64,000 bases of DNA from an uncultured Microthrixaceae bacterium. GTDB taxonomy: Bacteria > Actinomycetota > Acidimicrobiia > Acidimicrobiales > VFJN01. The DNA lies in the NCBI GenBank assembly GCA_963750645.1, contig CAVVRO010000001.1, positions 72,049 to 136,048 of the forward strand, read 5' to 3'. Numbering within the stretch: the stretch's first letter is position 1; each line of letters begins with the position of its first letter. A program made the translations under genes and the position numbers. The notes beneath the pieces are model-generated. The model ran no database searches. It saw only the letters and a list, made by a program, of their open reading frames with translations, and was not told where the DNA came from. Below are positions 41,652 through 50,452 of this stretch, piece after piece.

Positions 41652-42563
41652 GTGCCCATGGCCACGATGCGCTACGACATCGCCTACCGCACGAGCATCC
41701 ACTACGACGACGTGGTGCGCGGATCGCAGAACGAGCTGCGGGCCTGCCCGGCCAGCGACCAGCACCAGCAGCTCGTCGCCTACCGCGTCACCACCCATCC
41801 CGCGTCGCGGGTGCTGGCGTACCACGACTACTGGGGCACGCGGGTCGACACCTTCGGGATCCGCGAGCCCCACGTGTCTCTCGAGCTCACCGCCGAGGCA
41901 TCGGTCGAGACGATGCCGCGACCGCTGGTCACCGTCTCGCCGCGCGTGTCTGAGCTGTCGGACCCGACGTTCCGCGACACCTACATCGAGTACCTCAGCC
42001 GCTCGATGCACACGGAGTGGGACGGAGACGTCGCGGCGGCCGCAGCGCGCATCGCGGCCGTCACCGGTGACGACGTGGTGGGCATCGTGCTGGCCCTGCA
42101 CCGCTTCGTGCACACGTCGCTCCAGTACACGCCCGGTGCGACCTACATCGGCGTCGACGTGAACGAGGTGCTGGCCAAGGCCAAGGGCGTGTGCCAGGAC
42201 TACGCCCACCTCGCCGTGGCGCTGTGCCGCAGCATCGAGATCCCGGCCCGCTACGTGTCCGGCTACTTCTTCGCCCGATCGGACGAGACGGGCGCCGATG
42301 TCGAAGGCGACGAGGTGCAGGTGCAGACGCACGCGTGGTTCGAGGCCGCCATCCCGGGCTGGGGCTGGCTCGCCCTCGACCCGACCAACGCGCAGCAGGT
42401 CGGCCAGCGCCACATCACGATCGGTCACGGCCGCGACTACGACGACGTCCCGCCGGTGCGGGGCATCTACGCCGGCGGCGGTCGTCCCAGCACCGACGCC
42501 ATCGTCGAGATCCGCCGCCACACCCAGGTCGTCCAGCAGCTCCAAGCCCAACAGCAGCAGTAG
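41652..42563 (+). CDS. transglutaminase-like cysteine protease-fold protein with Bact_transglu_N region
   Basis: Catalytic triad context GVCQDYAHL, THAWFEA, LDPTN. Starts 3 nt after the alpha-E stop. Confidence 0.85.
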   Translation: MPMATMRYDIAYRTSIHYDDVVRGSQNELRACPASDQHQQLVAYRVTTHPASRVLAYHDYWGTRVDTFGIREPHVSLELTAEASVETMPRPLVTVSPRVSELSDPTFRDTYIEYLSRSMHTEWDGDVAAAAARIAAVTGDDVVGIVLALHRFVHTSLQYTPGATYIGVDVNEVLAKAKGVCQDYAHLAVALCRSIEIPARYVSGYFFARSDETGADVEGDEVQVQTHAWFEAAIPGWGWLALDPTNAQQVGQRHITIGHGRDYDDVPPVRGIYAGGGRPSTDAIVEIRRHTQVVQQLQAQQQQ

Positions 42564-42579
42564 CGATCAGCTGCGTGCG

Positions 42580-43644
42580 TCACGGATCCACGGCGACGAA
42601 GTCCAATCGCACGCCGTTGCCATGCAGGCTGTTGTCCAGCCCCCCGAGGTAGAGAAGGATCTCGTGCGCGCGCATCAGCCTCTGGAGGGCCTCGCTGGAC
42701 TGGATCCCGGCCGGGCACGCGCGGTCGGTGCTCGACGGGTCGACGAGCCTCAGGTGGAGCTGCGCTCTGCCATCGAGCTCCCACTCGGCTCGGGCGGTGA
42801 GCTCGTTGCAGCCGTCACCCCAGGACACGGTGCCGTCGCCGAACGCGATCGTGATGCCGTCGACGGGCAGCGACTCCCAGGGCTCGAGCATGCCCGTGGG
42901 TTCGGGATAGATCGCTGAGACCCGCCACTCGGTCGTCCTCAGGCGGAGCAGGTCGAGCGGGAGGCCCGCCTGCACCACCCGTTTCGCGAGCCCGATGGCC
43001 TGCTCGCGGTTGGCGTCGCGCGATCCTCCCGACACCTCTACCGAGATGCTCCCGCCGTTGCAGTAGGTCGACAGCTCGGAGCCACCGACGTACACGTAGG
43101 CCAGGTCGTCGCTGATCAGCAGCATCGCGGAGCGCCCGTCGGCCAGCTGCAGCTCGGTCTCCTCCATGGACTGACTGCTGACGGCGGGTTCGCCTGAGGT
43201 GATCAGGAACGTCTGGCCGTCACCGATGGGGCCCTTGATGACGGGTGCGTTGAGGCCACGCCCCCGCGTGTCCTCCCAGTCGACAGGGGTGGTAGCCAGC
43301 GAGTCGCCGGTGACAGCGAAGGTGCAGGTCTCGCCGTACGTCGTGAACTCGTCCGCGCTGCCGGTTGCGATGGCGGCGGGCGGTCCGTCATCGGCGAGGC
43401 CGGCGTCGACGCCGCTGGAGCCGGACGCCCGGTTGATGGCGACCAGGGTGCCGACGACGAGGGCGAGGACGGCCGCCGCCGCGACCCAGCGCCACCGGTG
43501 GGCGTGAGCCGGTTCGAGGGGGAGCACCTCGGCACTGCGCTCACTCGACGCGCGGTGCTCGGCCGCGGAGAAGAGGTCGGTGCTGGGCACCAGGGTGAGG
43601 AGCGCGCGCCGGGCCTCCTCCACGCGATCGGGACGGTCAGTCAT
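42580..43644 (-). CDS. membrane-anchored protein with C-terminal META-like domain, putative anti-sigma factor
   Basis: The ATG overlaps the sigma gene stop by 8 nt. Short cytoplasmic N-terminus and TM helix WVAAAAVLALVVGTLVAI. C-terminal ITIAFGDGTVSWGDGCNELTARAEW...TDRACP resembles META/HslJ. Confidence 0.6.
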   Translation of the reverse strand: MTDRPDRVEEARRALLTLVPSTDLFSAAEHRASSERSAEVLPLEPAHAHRWRWVAAAAVLALVVGTLVAINRASGSSGVDAGLADDGPPAAIATGSADEFTTYGETCTFAVTGDSLATTPVDWEDTRGRGLNAPVIKGPIGDGQTFLITSGEPAVSSQSMEETELQLADGRSAMLLISDDLAYVYVGGSELSTYCNGGSISVEVSGGSRDANREQAIGLAKRVVQAGLPLDLLRLRTTEWRVSAIYPEPTGMLEPWESLPVDGITIAFGDGTVSWGDGCNELTARAEWELDGRAQLHLRLVDPSSTDRACPAGIQSSEALQRLMRAHEILLYLGGLDNSLHGNGVRLDFVAVDP

Positions 43645-44131
43645 CGTGATCCTCCAGGGCCCGTCGCAGGTGGCGACGGGCACGCATTCGCTGCATCCGC
43701 ACCGTGGTGGCGGTGGTGTTCAGGAGCTCGGCAGCCTCATCGGCGCGGAATCCGAGCAGGTCGCACAGGACGACCCCGGCGCGCTGCTGGTCGGACAGGT
43801 TCGCGAGCGCCGCCATCACGATCATCAGCGACTCGGACTCCGGGTCGTCTGTGGCGACGGCCACCTCACGGATGTCGTGGACGTCGCGCCGTCCGCGTTG
43901 GAGCTCGCCGGCGGCGATGCGGAACGCGCTCCGCCACACCCAGGCGCGGGGATCGTCGACCCCGTCGCCGCGCCTGAGCAGCTGGGCGAAGGCCTCGGCG
44001 ACGGCCTCGTCCGCCACGTGCGTGGACCCGCTCCATGCGACGAGGGCCCGCCAGAGGGGGAGGTGCACCTCCTCGTAGGTCGCCCGGACGTGGTCCGCCC
44101 GTGACACGGTGGTCACCGTCGCATCCTGCAC
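43637..44131 (-). CDS. ECF-type RNA polymerase sigma factor
   Basis: 164 codons. Sigma2-like DEAVAEAFAQLL...WVWRSAFRIA and sigma4 LSDQQRAGVVLCDLLGFRADEAAELLNTTATTVRMQRMRARRHL. Confidence 0.85.
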   Translation of the reverse strand: MQDATVTTVSRADHVRATYEEVHLPLWRALVAWSGSTHVADEAVAEAFAQLLRRGDGVDDPRAWVWRSAFRIAAGELQRGRRDVHDIREVAVATDDPESESLMIVMAALANLSDQQRAGVVLCDLLGFRADEAAELLNTTATTVRMQRMRARRHLRRALEDHDD

Positions 44132-44153
44132 CCCCGCCCGGGTGCGTTGTCAT

Positions 44154-44168
44154 GTGTTTCGTAAACAC
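44154..44168. promoter_or_regulatory. AT-rich inverted repeat GTGTTT-CGT-AAACAC in the divergent sigma/lpdA intergenic region
   Basis: Only conspicuous low-GC patch (TGTGTTTCGTAAACACC...GGAAATTCGAC) in the 112-nt spacer. 6-bp arms with a 3-nt spacer. Candidate operator. Confidence 0.3.
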
Positions 44169-44243
44169 CGAGGCAGGGAAATTCGACGGGGACCATCGAC
44201 CGGTAGAGTCCGAGACGCCCCACACGGCCCGTCATCACCGGAG

Positions 44244-45650
44244 GTGGTCCCCACGGCCGAGCACTACGACGTCGTCGTCATCGGCGGCGGACCCGGTGGC
44301 TACGCCACGGCGCTCTACGGTGCCTCCGCCGGCCTCAGCATCGCCATGATCGAGAAGGGCAAGCTCGGTGGCACCTGCCTGAACGTCGGCTGCATCCCCG
44401 CCAAGGAGCTCTTGGAGACGGCCGCCACGTTCGTGCACGTGAATGAGGCCGCCGCCTACGGCATCAACGCCGGCGAGGCCTCGATCGACTGGGGCACCTC
44501 GCTGGCCCGCAAGGAGTCGGTCATCGAGACCCTCGTCTCGGGCCTCGGATCGCTGCTGAAGGGTCGGAAGGTCACGATCCTCGACGGGCACGGCCGCCTG
44601 CACGCCGACAAGCGCGTCACCGTCTCCGGTGGGGGCTCGGGCGACGTCGAGCTCACCGGCGACGCGGTGGTGCTGGCACCGGGCTCGGTGCCGCGCACGC
44701 TGCCGGGCTTCGACGTCGACGGCACCGTCGTGATGACCTCCGACGAGTTCCTCTCGATCGCCGAGCTTCCCAAGCGCGCCGCCATCATCGGTGGCGGCGT
44801 CATCGGCTGCGAGTTCGCCTCGCTCCTCTCCGATCTCGGCACGAGCGTCACGATCCTCGAGGCGTTGCCGAAGATCCTGCCTGGCCTCGACAAGGACCTC
44901 ACCAAGGTCATCGAGAAGTCGTTCAAGCGCCGTGGCATCGACATCCGCACGAGCGTGACCGTCGAGGGCCACTCGCCTGCGGGCGGCGGCACCACGGTCC
45001 AGGTGGGCGGCGAGGGCATCGATGTCGACGTCGTCGTGGTGTCGGTCGGCCGGAAGCCCAACACCGACGACCTCGGTCTCGACGGCACCGACGTGAAGAT
45101 CTCCGATCGCGGCTTCATCGAGGTCGACCAACGTGGTCGCACAGGTGAGCCAGGCGTGTGGGCCGTCGGCGACGCCATCGCCACGCCCGCGCTCGCCCAC
45201 ATCGGGTTCATCGAGGGGATCATCGCGATCCAGGACATCCTCGGTGAGGATCCCGCGGCGGTCGACTACGAGAAGGTGCCCTGGGCCGTCTACTGCCGGC
45301 CGGAGGCCGCCTTCACCGGCCTGTCGGAGGAGGCGGCCATCGAAGCCGGCCTCGAGGTCGTGACCCACAAGAGCCGCTTCAACCACAACGGACGGGCGAT
45401 GATCGTCAACCAAGCCGAGGGCATGGTGAAGGTGATCGCCGAGAAGACCGCCGACGGTCGAGCGGGGCGGATCCTCGGTGTCCACATGGTGGGTCCGTGG
45501 GTCACCGAGCAGCTCGGCCAGGGTTACCTCGCGGTCAACTGGGAGGCCACCGTCGACGACATGGCCCCCCTCATCCAGCCCCATCCCACGATGAGCGAGG
45601 TGCTCGGCGAGGCCATCATCAGCCTCACCGGGCGCGCGCTGCACGGATAG
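44244..45650 (+). CDS. lpdA: dihydrolipoyl dehydrogenase (E3)
   Basis: YDVVVIGGGPGGY, redox-active GGTCLNVGCIPAK, second Rossmann IIGGGVIGCEFA, and C-terminal HPTMSE. The GTG 44244 start is uncertain. Confidence 0.92.
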   Translation: MVPTAEHYDVVVIGGGPGGYATALYGASAGLSIAMIEKGKLGGTCLNVGCIPAKELLETAATFVHVNEAAAYGINAGEASIDWGTSLARKESVIETLVSGLGSLLKGRKVTILDGHGRLHADKRVTVSGGGSGDVELTGDAVVLAPGSVPRTLPGFDVDGTVVMTSDEFLSIAELPKRAAIIGGGVIGCEFASLLSDLGTSVTILEALPKILPGLDKDLTKVIEKSFKRRGIDIRTSVTVEGHSPAGGGTTVQVGGEGIDVDVVVVSVGRKPNTDDLGLDGTDVKISDRGFIEVDQRGRTGEPGVWAVGDAIATPALAHIGFIEGIIAIQDILGEDPAAVDYEKVPWAVYCRPEAAFTGLSEEAAIEAGLEVVTHKSRFNHNGRAMIVNQAEGMVKVIAEKTADGRAGRILGVHMVGPWVTEQLGQGYLAVNWEATVDDMAPLIQPHPTMSEVLGEAIISLTGRALHG

Positions 45651-45668
45651 CCAGGAGCACACGCAGGC

Positions 45669-47117
45669 ATGGCCGACATCACGATGCCCCAGCTGGGGGA
45701 GACCGTCACCGAGGGCACGATCACCAAGTGGTTCAAGGCGGTGGGCGACACCGTCGCCGAGGACGAGCCGCTCTTCGAGGTGTCGACCGACAAGGTCGAC
45801 TCCGAGGTGCCCTCACCGGTGAGCGGCACCGTGACCGAGATCAGGGTCCCCGAGGGCGACACCGTCGACGTGGGCGTCGTGCTCGCGGTGGTCGGCGATG
45901 CCGGCGCGGCACCGGCGCCAACGCCTGCGGAGGAGCCGGCCACCGGGGCGCCGTCTGCCGAGGCGCCCGCGCGTCCGGCTGAACCCGCGGTTGCCCCTGT
46001 CACCGAGGCCCCCGTGGTCGAGGAGCCGGCGCCGGCCGCTCGAATCGACGCCGGCGAGAGCGGTCGGCTGCTGTCGCCGGTCGTGCGTCGACTCGTCGCC
46101 GAGCACGGGCTGGATCCCGCCTCCATCACGGGCACCGGCGTGGGAGGGCGCATCACGCGCAACGACGTCCTCGCCGCCGCCGAGGCGGCGACCCGTCCAC
46201 CCGCGCCGGTCCCCGAGCCCGCCGCGGCGCCCCCGCCGGCGACGCCCACGCCCGCGCCCGCCGCGGCGCCCCCGCCGGCTCCGGCCACGCCCGCGCCCGC
46301 CCCGGCGGCGCCCGCGGCTCCTCCCGCCGTGCCCGCTCCTGCCGTCGCCGTGCCGCCGGCACCGGCGCCCGCACCCGAACCGCAGCCGCTCGTGCGATCG
46401 GGCGAGCGGGACACGGTCATCCCGCACAGCAACATCCGCCGGCGCAGCGCCGAGCACCTGCGACGGTCGCTCGACACCTCGGCCCACGTCTACGCCTCCG
46501 TCGAGGTCGACTACGAGGCCGTCGAGCGCGTCCGCCGCGCCCACAAGGACGCCTGGCGCGCGGAGGAGGGGTTCGGCCTCACGTACCTGCCGTTCACCTC
46601 GAGGGCGGTCATCGACGCGATCCACGAGTTCCCCGAGGTCAACGCCACCTTCACCGACGACGCGCTGATCGTGCACAACTACCTGAACCTCGGGATCGCG
46701 GTCGACCTCGACTTCAAGGGCCTGATGGTCCCGGTCGTGCGCGATGCCGACAGCAAGCGGATGCGGGCCATCGCGCGTGAGATCAGCGACCTCGCGGCGC
46801 GCGCCCGCTCGAAGCGGCTCAGCCCTGACGAGATCTCCGACGGCACCTTCACGATCACCAATCCCGGCCCCTACGGCACCCTGCTGACGATGCCGATCAT
46901 CAACCAGCCCCAGGTGGCGATCCTCTCCACCGACGGCGTCAAGCGGAAGCCCGTCGTGATCACCGGATCCGACGGCTCCGAGAGCATCGCCATCCACTCC
47001 GTCGGCAACCTGGCCCTCAGCTGGGACCACCGCTCCTTCGACGGCGCCTACGCCGCCGCCTTCCTCAACAAGATCAAGGAGCATCTCGAGACGAGGGACT
47101 GGGTCTCCGAGCTGTAG
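45669..47117 (+). CDS. 2-oxoacid dehydrogenase E2 dihydrolipoamide acyltransferase (SucB/DlaT type)
   Basis: Lipoyl domain (EVSTDKVDSEVPSP). PSBD (LSPVVRRLVAEHGLDPASITGTGVGGRITRNDV). Long Pro/Ala linker. Catalytic domain (SWDHRSFDGAYAAAFL). Confidence 0.92.
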   Translation: MADITMPQLGETVTEGTITKWFKAVGDTVAEDEPLFEVSTDKVDSEVPSPVSGTVTEIRVPEGDTVDVGVVLAVVGDAGAAPAPTPAEEPATGAPSAEAPARPAEPAVAPVTEAPVVEEPAPAARIDAGESGRLLSPVVRRLVAEHGLDPASITGTGVGGRITRNDVLAAAEAATRPPAPVPEPAAAPPPATPTPAPAAAPPPAPATPAPAPAAPAAPPAVPAPAVAVPPAPAPAPEPQPLVRSGERDTVIPHSNIRRRSAEHLRRSLDTSAHVYASVEVDYEAVERVRRAHKDAWRAEEGFGLTYLPFTSRAVIDAIHEFPEVNATFTDDALIVHNYLNLGIAVDLDFKGLMVPVVRDADSKRMRAIAREISDLAARARSKRLSPDEISDGTFTITNPGPYGTLLTMPIINQPQVAILSTDGVKRKPVVITGSDGSESIAIHSVGNLALSWDHRSFDGAYAAAFLNKIKEHLETRDWVSEL

Positions 47118-47123
47118 TCGTTT

Positions 47124-47150
47124 CGATCCCGACGAAGAGCGTCGGGATCG
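47124..47150 (+). terminator. terminator-like hairpin after E2
   Basis: CGATCCCGACG (47124-47134) pairs with CGTCGGGATCG (47140-47150); 5-nt loop. Confidence 0.55.
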
Positions 47151-47193
47151 AGCCACCCGATGCGGCCTCCGGCCGCGCTGACCGCTTGTCGCC

Positions 47194-47262
47194 GGGGTCG
47201 GCAGAGCCGCCCCTCGCATGGCGGGGGCTCCGGCGGGAGCCTCTGCCCCCGCACCCCCGCCG
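47194..47262. repeat. GC-rich intergenic repeat, type 2, copy B
   Basis: GGGGTCGGCAGAGCCGCCCCTCGCATGGCGGGGGCTCCGGCGGGAGCCTCTGCCCCCGCACCCCCGCC aligns with 2096-2165. Lies between the E2 terminator and the likely lipB start. Confidence 0.75.
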
Positions 47263-47290
47263 GTCTTCTCGCCCCGCGCTGCCCGGTAGC

Positions 47291-48991
47291 GTGAGCGCCG
47301 TGGTCGATGCCTGCGCCGCGCCGGTCGAGTCCCGGCGAAAGCTCCACATCCGCTGGCTGGGGCGGGTCTCCTATCGGGATGCGCACGCGCTGCAGACGGG
47401 GTTGTTCACCACATCTCGGGACGATCACCTGCTGTTGCTCGAGCACCCGCCCGTGTACACCCTGGGGATCCGGGGCGACCTCGGGCACCTCCTGCGGCCG
47501 CCGGCCGAGGTCGGGGCCGAGCTGGAGCGCACCGACCGGGGCGGCGACGTCACCTACCACGGTCCCGGGCAGCTGGTCGGCTACCCGATCCTGACGGTGC
47601 CCGGGAAGCGGGGAGGGGGCCTGGCGGACACCACGGCGTACGTCTGCTCGGTGGAGCAGCTCGTGATCGACGTGCTGGATGACCTCGGGCTGGGCGACGT
47701 CGGTCGGGTGCCCGGCTTCCCCGGGGTGTGGGTCGCGCCCCTGTCGGACGCGCCTCGCAAGATCTGCGCCGTCGGGGTGAAGCTCTCTCGGGGTCGTTCG
47801 ATGCACGGCTTCGCCCTCAACGTGGCCCCTGACATGGCCATGTTCGGCCACATCGTGCCGTGCGGAATCGCCGACAAGGGCGTGACGTCGTTGCGCGACG
47901 AGGGCATCGATGTGTCGATGCGCGAGGTGGTCGACGCCGTCGCCCGGCGAGCCGCCGAGCGGTGGGGGAGCGCCGGCCACGATCGCGCTGACGTCGTGTG
48001 GCGGCACACGCCAGAGGACCTGTCCCCGTTCAGCCGCGGCGAAGGGCCGGGGACCACCGCGCGGCGGGCGGGGCGGCTGGCGGAGGCGGGCATCACGGAG
48101 GGGCTCGACATCAGCAGCCGCAAGCCGGAGTGGATGCGCGCCAGGGTGGAGCTCACCGACGACGTCCTCGCCATCCGCAAGACGATGCGCGAGCTCGACC
48201 TCGTCACCGTCTGCGAGGAAGCCGGCTGCCCGAACCTGTCCGAGTGCTGGTCGGACGGCACTGCCACGTTCATGATCAACGGTGAGCGCTGCACGAGGGC
48301 GTGCGGCTTCTGCCTGGTCGACACCCGCCACCCGCTGCCCACCGACCCGATGGAGCCAGCGCGAGTGGCCGAGGCCGTCGAGCGGATGGGTCTGCGCTTC
48401 GCCGTCGTCACCGCCGTGGCCCGCGACGACCTGGCCGACGGTGGCGCGGCCGAGTTCGCGGCCGTGATCCGGGCCATCCGGTCCCGCACGCCTGGCGTGT
48501 CCGTCGAGGTGCTGATCCCTGACTGCAAGGGTGACCCTGACGCGCTCGACGCCATCTTCGCCGAGCGACCCGACGTGCTGAACCACAACATCGAGACCGT
48601 CGCCCGCCTGCAGCGCGCCGCCCGCCCGTCGGCGGGCTATGCACGCTCGCTCGCGGTCCTCGCGCGGGCCAAGTCCGCCGGCCTCACCACCAAGTCGTCG
48701 CTCATCGCCGGCATGGGGGAGACGGCGGAGGAGATGGAGCAGACGCTCGCCGACCTCGCCGGCGTCGGCGTCGACATCATCACCATCGGCCAGTACCTCC
48801 GCCCCACGTCGCACCACCTGCCCGTCGCCCGCTGGTGGACCCCCGACGAGCTCACCGCGCTGAAGGTCGCCGGTGAGGCCATGGGCATCGGCCACGTGGA
48901 AGCCGGCCCCCTGGTGCGCAGCAGCTACCACGCCCGCCAAGCTGCGGGCGCGGCCGCCGGACCGGTGCCGGTCGCGATCTCGGCGCGCTGA
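47291..48991 (+). CDS. lipB-lipA: octanoyltransferase LipB and lipoyl synthase LipA encoded in one continuous ORF
   Basis: LipB part: LLLLEHPPVYTLG, RGGDVTYHGPGQLVGYPI, KICAVGVKLSRGRSMHGFALNV. LipA part: RKPEWMRARV, TVCEEAGCPNLSECW, radical-SAM CTRACGFCLV, SSLIAGMGET, GPLVRSSYHA. There is no stop between them. Start placed at GTG 47291; the track ORF begins at 47186, inside a repeat. Confidence 0.85.
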   Translation: MSAVVDACAAPVESRRKLHIRWLGRVSYRDAHALQTGLFTTSRDDHLLLLEHPPVYTLGIRGDLGHLLRPPAEVGAELERTDRGGDVTYHGPGQLVGYPILTVPGKRGGGLADTTAYVCSVEQLVIDVLDDLGLGDVGRVPGFPGVWVAPLSDAPRKICAVGVKLSRGRSMHGFALNVAPDMAMFGHIVPCGIADKGVTSLRDEGIDVSMREVVDAVARRAAERWGSAGHDRADVVWRHTPEDLSPFSRGEGPGTTARRAGRLAEAGITEGLDISSRKPEWMRARVELTDDVLAIRKTMRELDLVTVCEEAGCPNLSECWSDGTATFMINGERCTRACGFCLVDTRHPLPTDPMEPARVAEAVERMGLRFAVVTAVARDDLADGGAAEFAAVIRAIRSRTPGVSVEVLIPDCKGDPDALDAIFAERPDVLNHNIETVARLQRAARPSAGYARSLAVLARAKSAGLTTKSSLIAGMGETAEEMEQTLADLAGVGVDIITIGQYLRPTSHHLPVARWWTPDELTALKVAGEAMGIGHVEAGPLVRSSYHARQAAGAAAGPVPVAISAR

Positions 48992-49189
48992 CGAGCGCGG
49001 AGGCCGTTCTCGCATCTCCGTCCACGGGAACGGACGAGCAAGCGGAGGCGGACACAGGGGGCGTCTCCCGGGAAGAAATCGTTCCCCTGGAGTTGACGAG
49101 CGAACGTGTGTTCGTGTAGGGTGTGGGTCTTCCCCTCGGGACCGCAGGGTCCCCGTTCCGCAGGTCGATCGCGTCCCGGAGGGAGTGCC

Positions 49190-50392
49190 ATGTCGGTTGC
49201 GACGTACGAGTCGTGCTCGCCGATGTCACGCGGGCACACGATCGAGCAGCTCGGGGCGATGGCCTGCGCCACCACCGCCGAGATGCTCGACGTGATCGTC
49301 GCCGCGGATCGTGACGAGGACTGGCGCATCGACGGCGCGCTCGACATGGCGTCGTGGCTGGTCGCCACCCTGAACGTGTCGATGCCCACTGCGCGCGAGT
49401 GGGTGCGGGTCGGCCGGGCGCTCGAGCAGCTGCCGCACCTGCGGTCGTGCTTCGCGGCCGCGGAGCTGTCATGGGATCAGATCGCGGCCGCCACCAGGTT
49501 CGCAACGCCCGAGCTCGATGAGGTGCTGGCGCTCGACCTGCTCGGGCTCACCGCCGCGCAGATCGAGGAGATGGCGCGCGAGCGGCGCACGCGCACGCGG
49601 CGCGATGTCCAGCACAGCGCCGAGGAGCGACACCTTCGCTGGCGCAAGGACCACCAGCACGATGGCTACCGCTACTCCGGGTTCCTTCCGGCGGTCGAGG
49701 GCGAGCTCGTCAACGCCGTGCTCGAGAATCGGGCCCGCGAGATCGGCCCGGATCCGGAGACCGGCTTCTGGGCGCCGCTGCAGCAGCGCTGCGCGGATGC
49801 CCTCGTGGACATGGCTCGCCAGGAGCAGACCGTCGACCCCGGTCCCGACCCCACCCTCGTCGTGGTGCACGTTGCGGCGGAGACGCTGGACGACCCCGAC
49901 GAGGGGGGCAACGGGTCGGTCAACGGGGTGCAGGTGCCGGTCGACACGGTGCGCCGGCTGCTCTGCGACTGCACGATCGAGGCCAACGTCGAAGGGCCCG
50001 ACGGCACCTGCATCGGCATCGGTCGGACAGATCGCCACCCGCCCCGATGGCTCCGGCGCCGCATCGCCCACCGCGACCGGAACCACTGCCGGTTCCCGGG
50101 CTGTGGCCGCCGCATCCGCCAGATCCACCACGTCGAGTGGTGGCATCGTGACCACGGCCCGACCGACTCGTGGAACCTGGCCGGGCTCTGCTGGCAGCAC
50201 CACCACCTGGTCCACGAGGGTGGATGGACGATCACCGGCAACGCCGACGGCGAGCTGACCTTCACCAGCCCCTACGGCCGTGCCCTCACGAGCCGACCAC
50301 CCCCGCTCCTGCGGGACACCCGCGCCCGCGTCCAGGAGCGCACCGGAATCGTCTTCGGCGATGACGCCGATCCCGCTGGCCCGGCTCCATGA
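49190..50392 (+). CDS. DUF222 + HNH endonuclease domain protein (REP13E12-like family)
   Basis: ATG 49190 follows GGAGGGA. N-terminal DUF222-like MASWLVATLNVSMPTAREWVRVGRAL. C-terminal HNH CRFPGCGR...HHVEWW...NLAGLCWQHHHLVHEGGW. Confidence 0.85.
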   Translation: MSVATYESCSPMSRGHTIEQLGAMACATTAEMLDVIVAADRDEDWRIDGALDMASWLVATLNVSMPTAREWVRVGRALEQLPHLRSCFAAAELSWDQIAAATRFATPELDEVLALDLLGLTAAQIEEMARERRTRTRRDVQHSAEERHLRWRKDHQHDGYRYSGFLPAVEGELVNAVLENRAREIGPDPETGFWAPLQQRCADALVDMARQEQTVDPGPDPTLVVVHVAAETLDDPDEGGNGSVNGVQVPVDTVRRLLCDCTIEANVEGPDGTCIGIGRTDRHPPRWLRRRIAHRDRNHCRFPGCGRRIRQIHHVEWWHRDHGPTDSWNLAGLCWQHHHLVHEGGWTITGNADGELTFTSPYGRALTSRPPPLLRDTRARVQERTGIVFGDDADPAGPAP

Positions 50393-50452
50393 CGACACGG
50401 CCCGCCGCGATCGAGGCGCCCGTCACCGGGCGCCGATCCGGCGCGCCGCTGG

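Noticed and set aside
46221-46301. Imperfect tandem duplication of ~39-42 nt (GCCGCGGCGCCCCCGCCGGC...ACGCCCGCGCCC) inside the E2 gene.
   Set aside because: It is in frame and encodes the Pro/Ala-rich inter-domain linker (AAAPPPATPTPAP / AAAPPPAPATPAPAP). Linker expansion is ordinary for E2 proteins.
47186-47290. 5' extension of the lipB ORF (MSPGSAEPPLAWRGLRREPLPP...).
   Set aside because: It is encoded by the type-2 intergenic repeat and lacks LipB homology. GTG 47291 (or 47300) is the more plausible start.
49190-50392. DUF222-HNH gene as an insertion sequence or prophage remnant.
   Set aside because: No transposase or integrase, no terminal inverted repeats and no target duplications are visible. 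It is retained only as a possible selfish or multi-copy gene.
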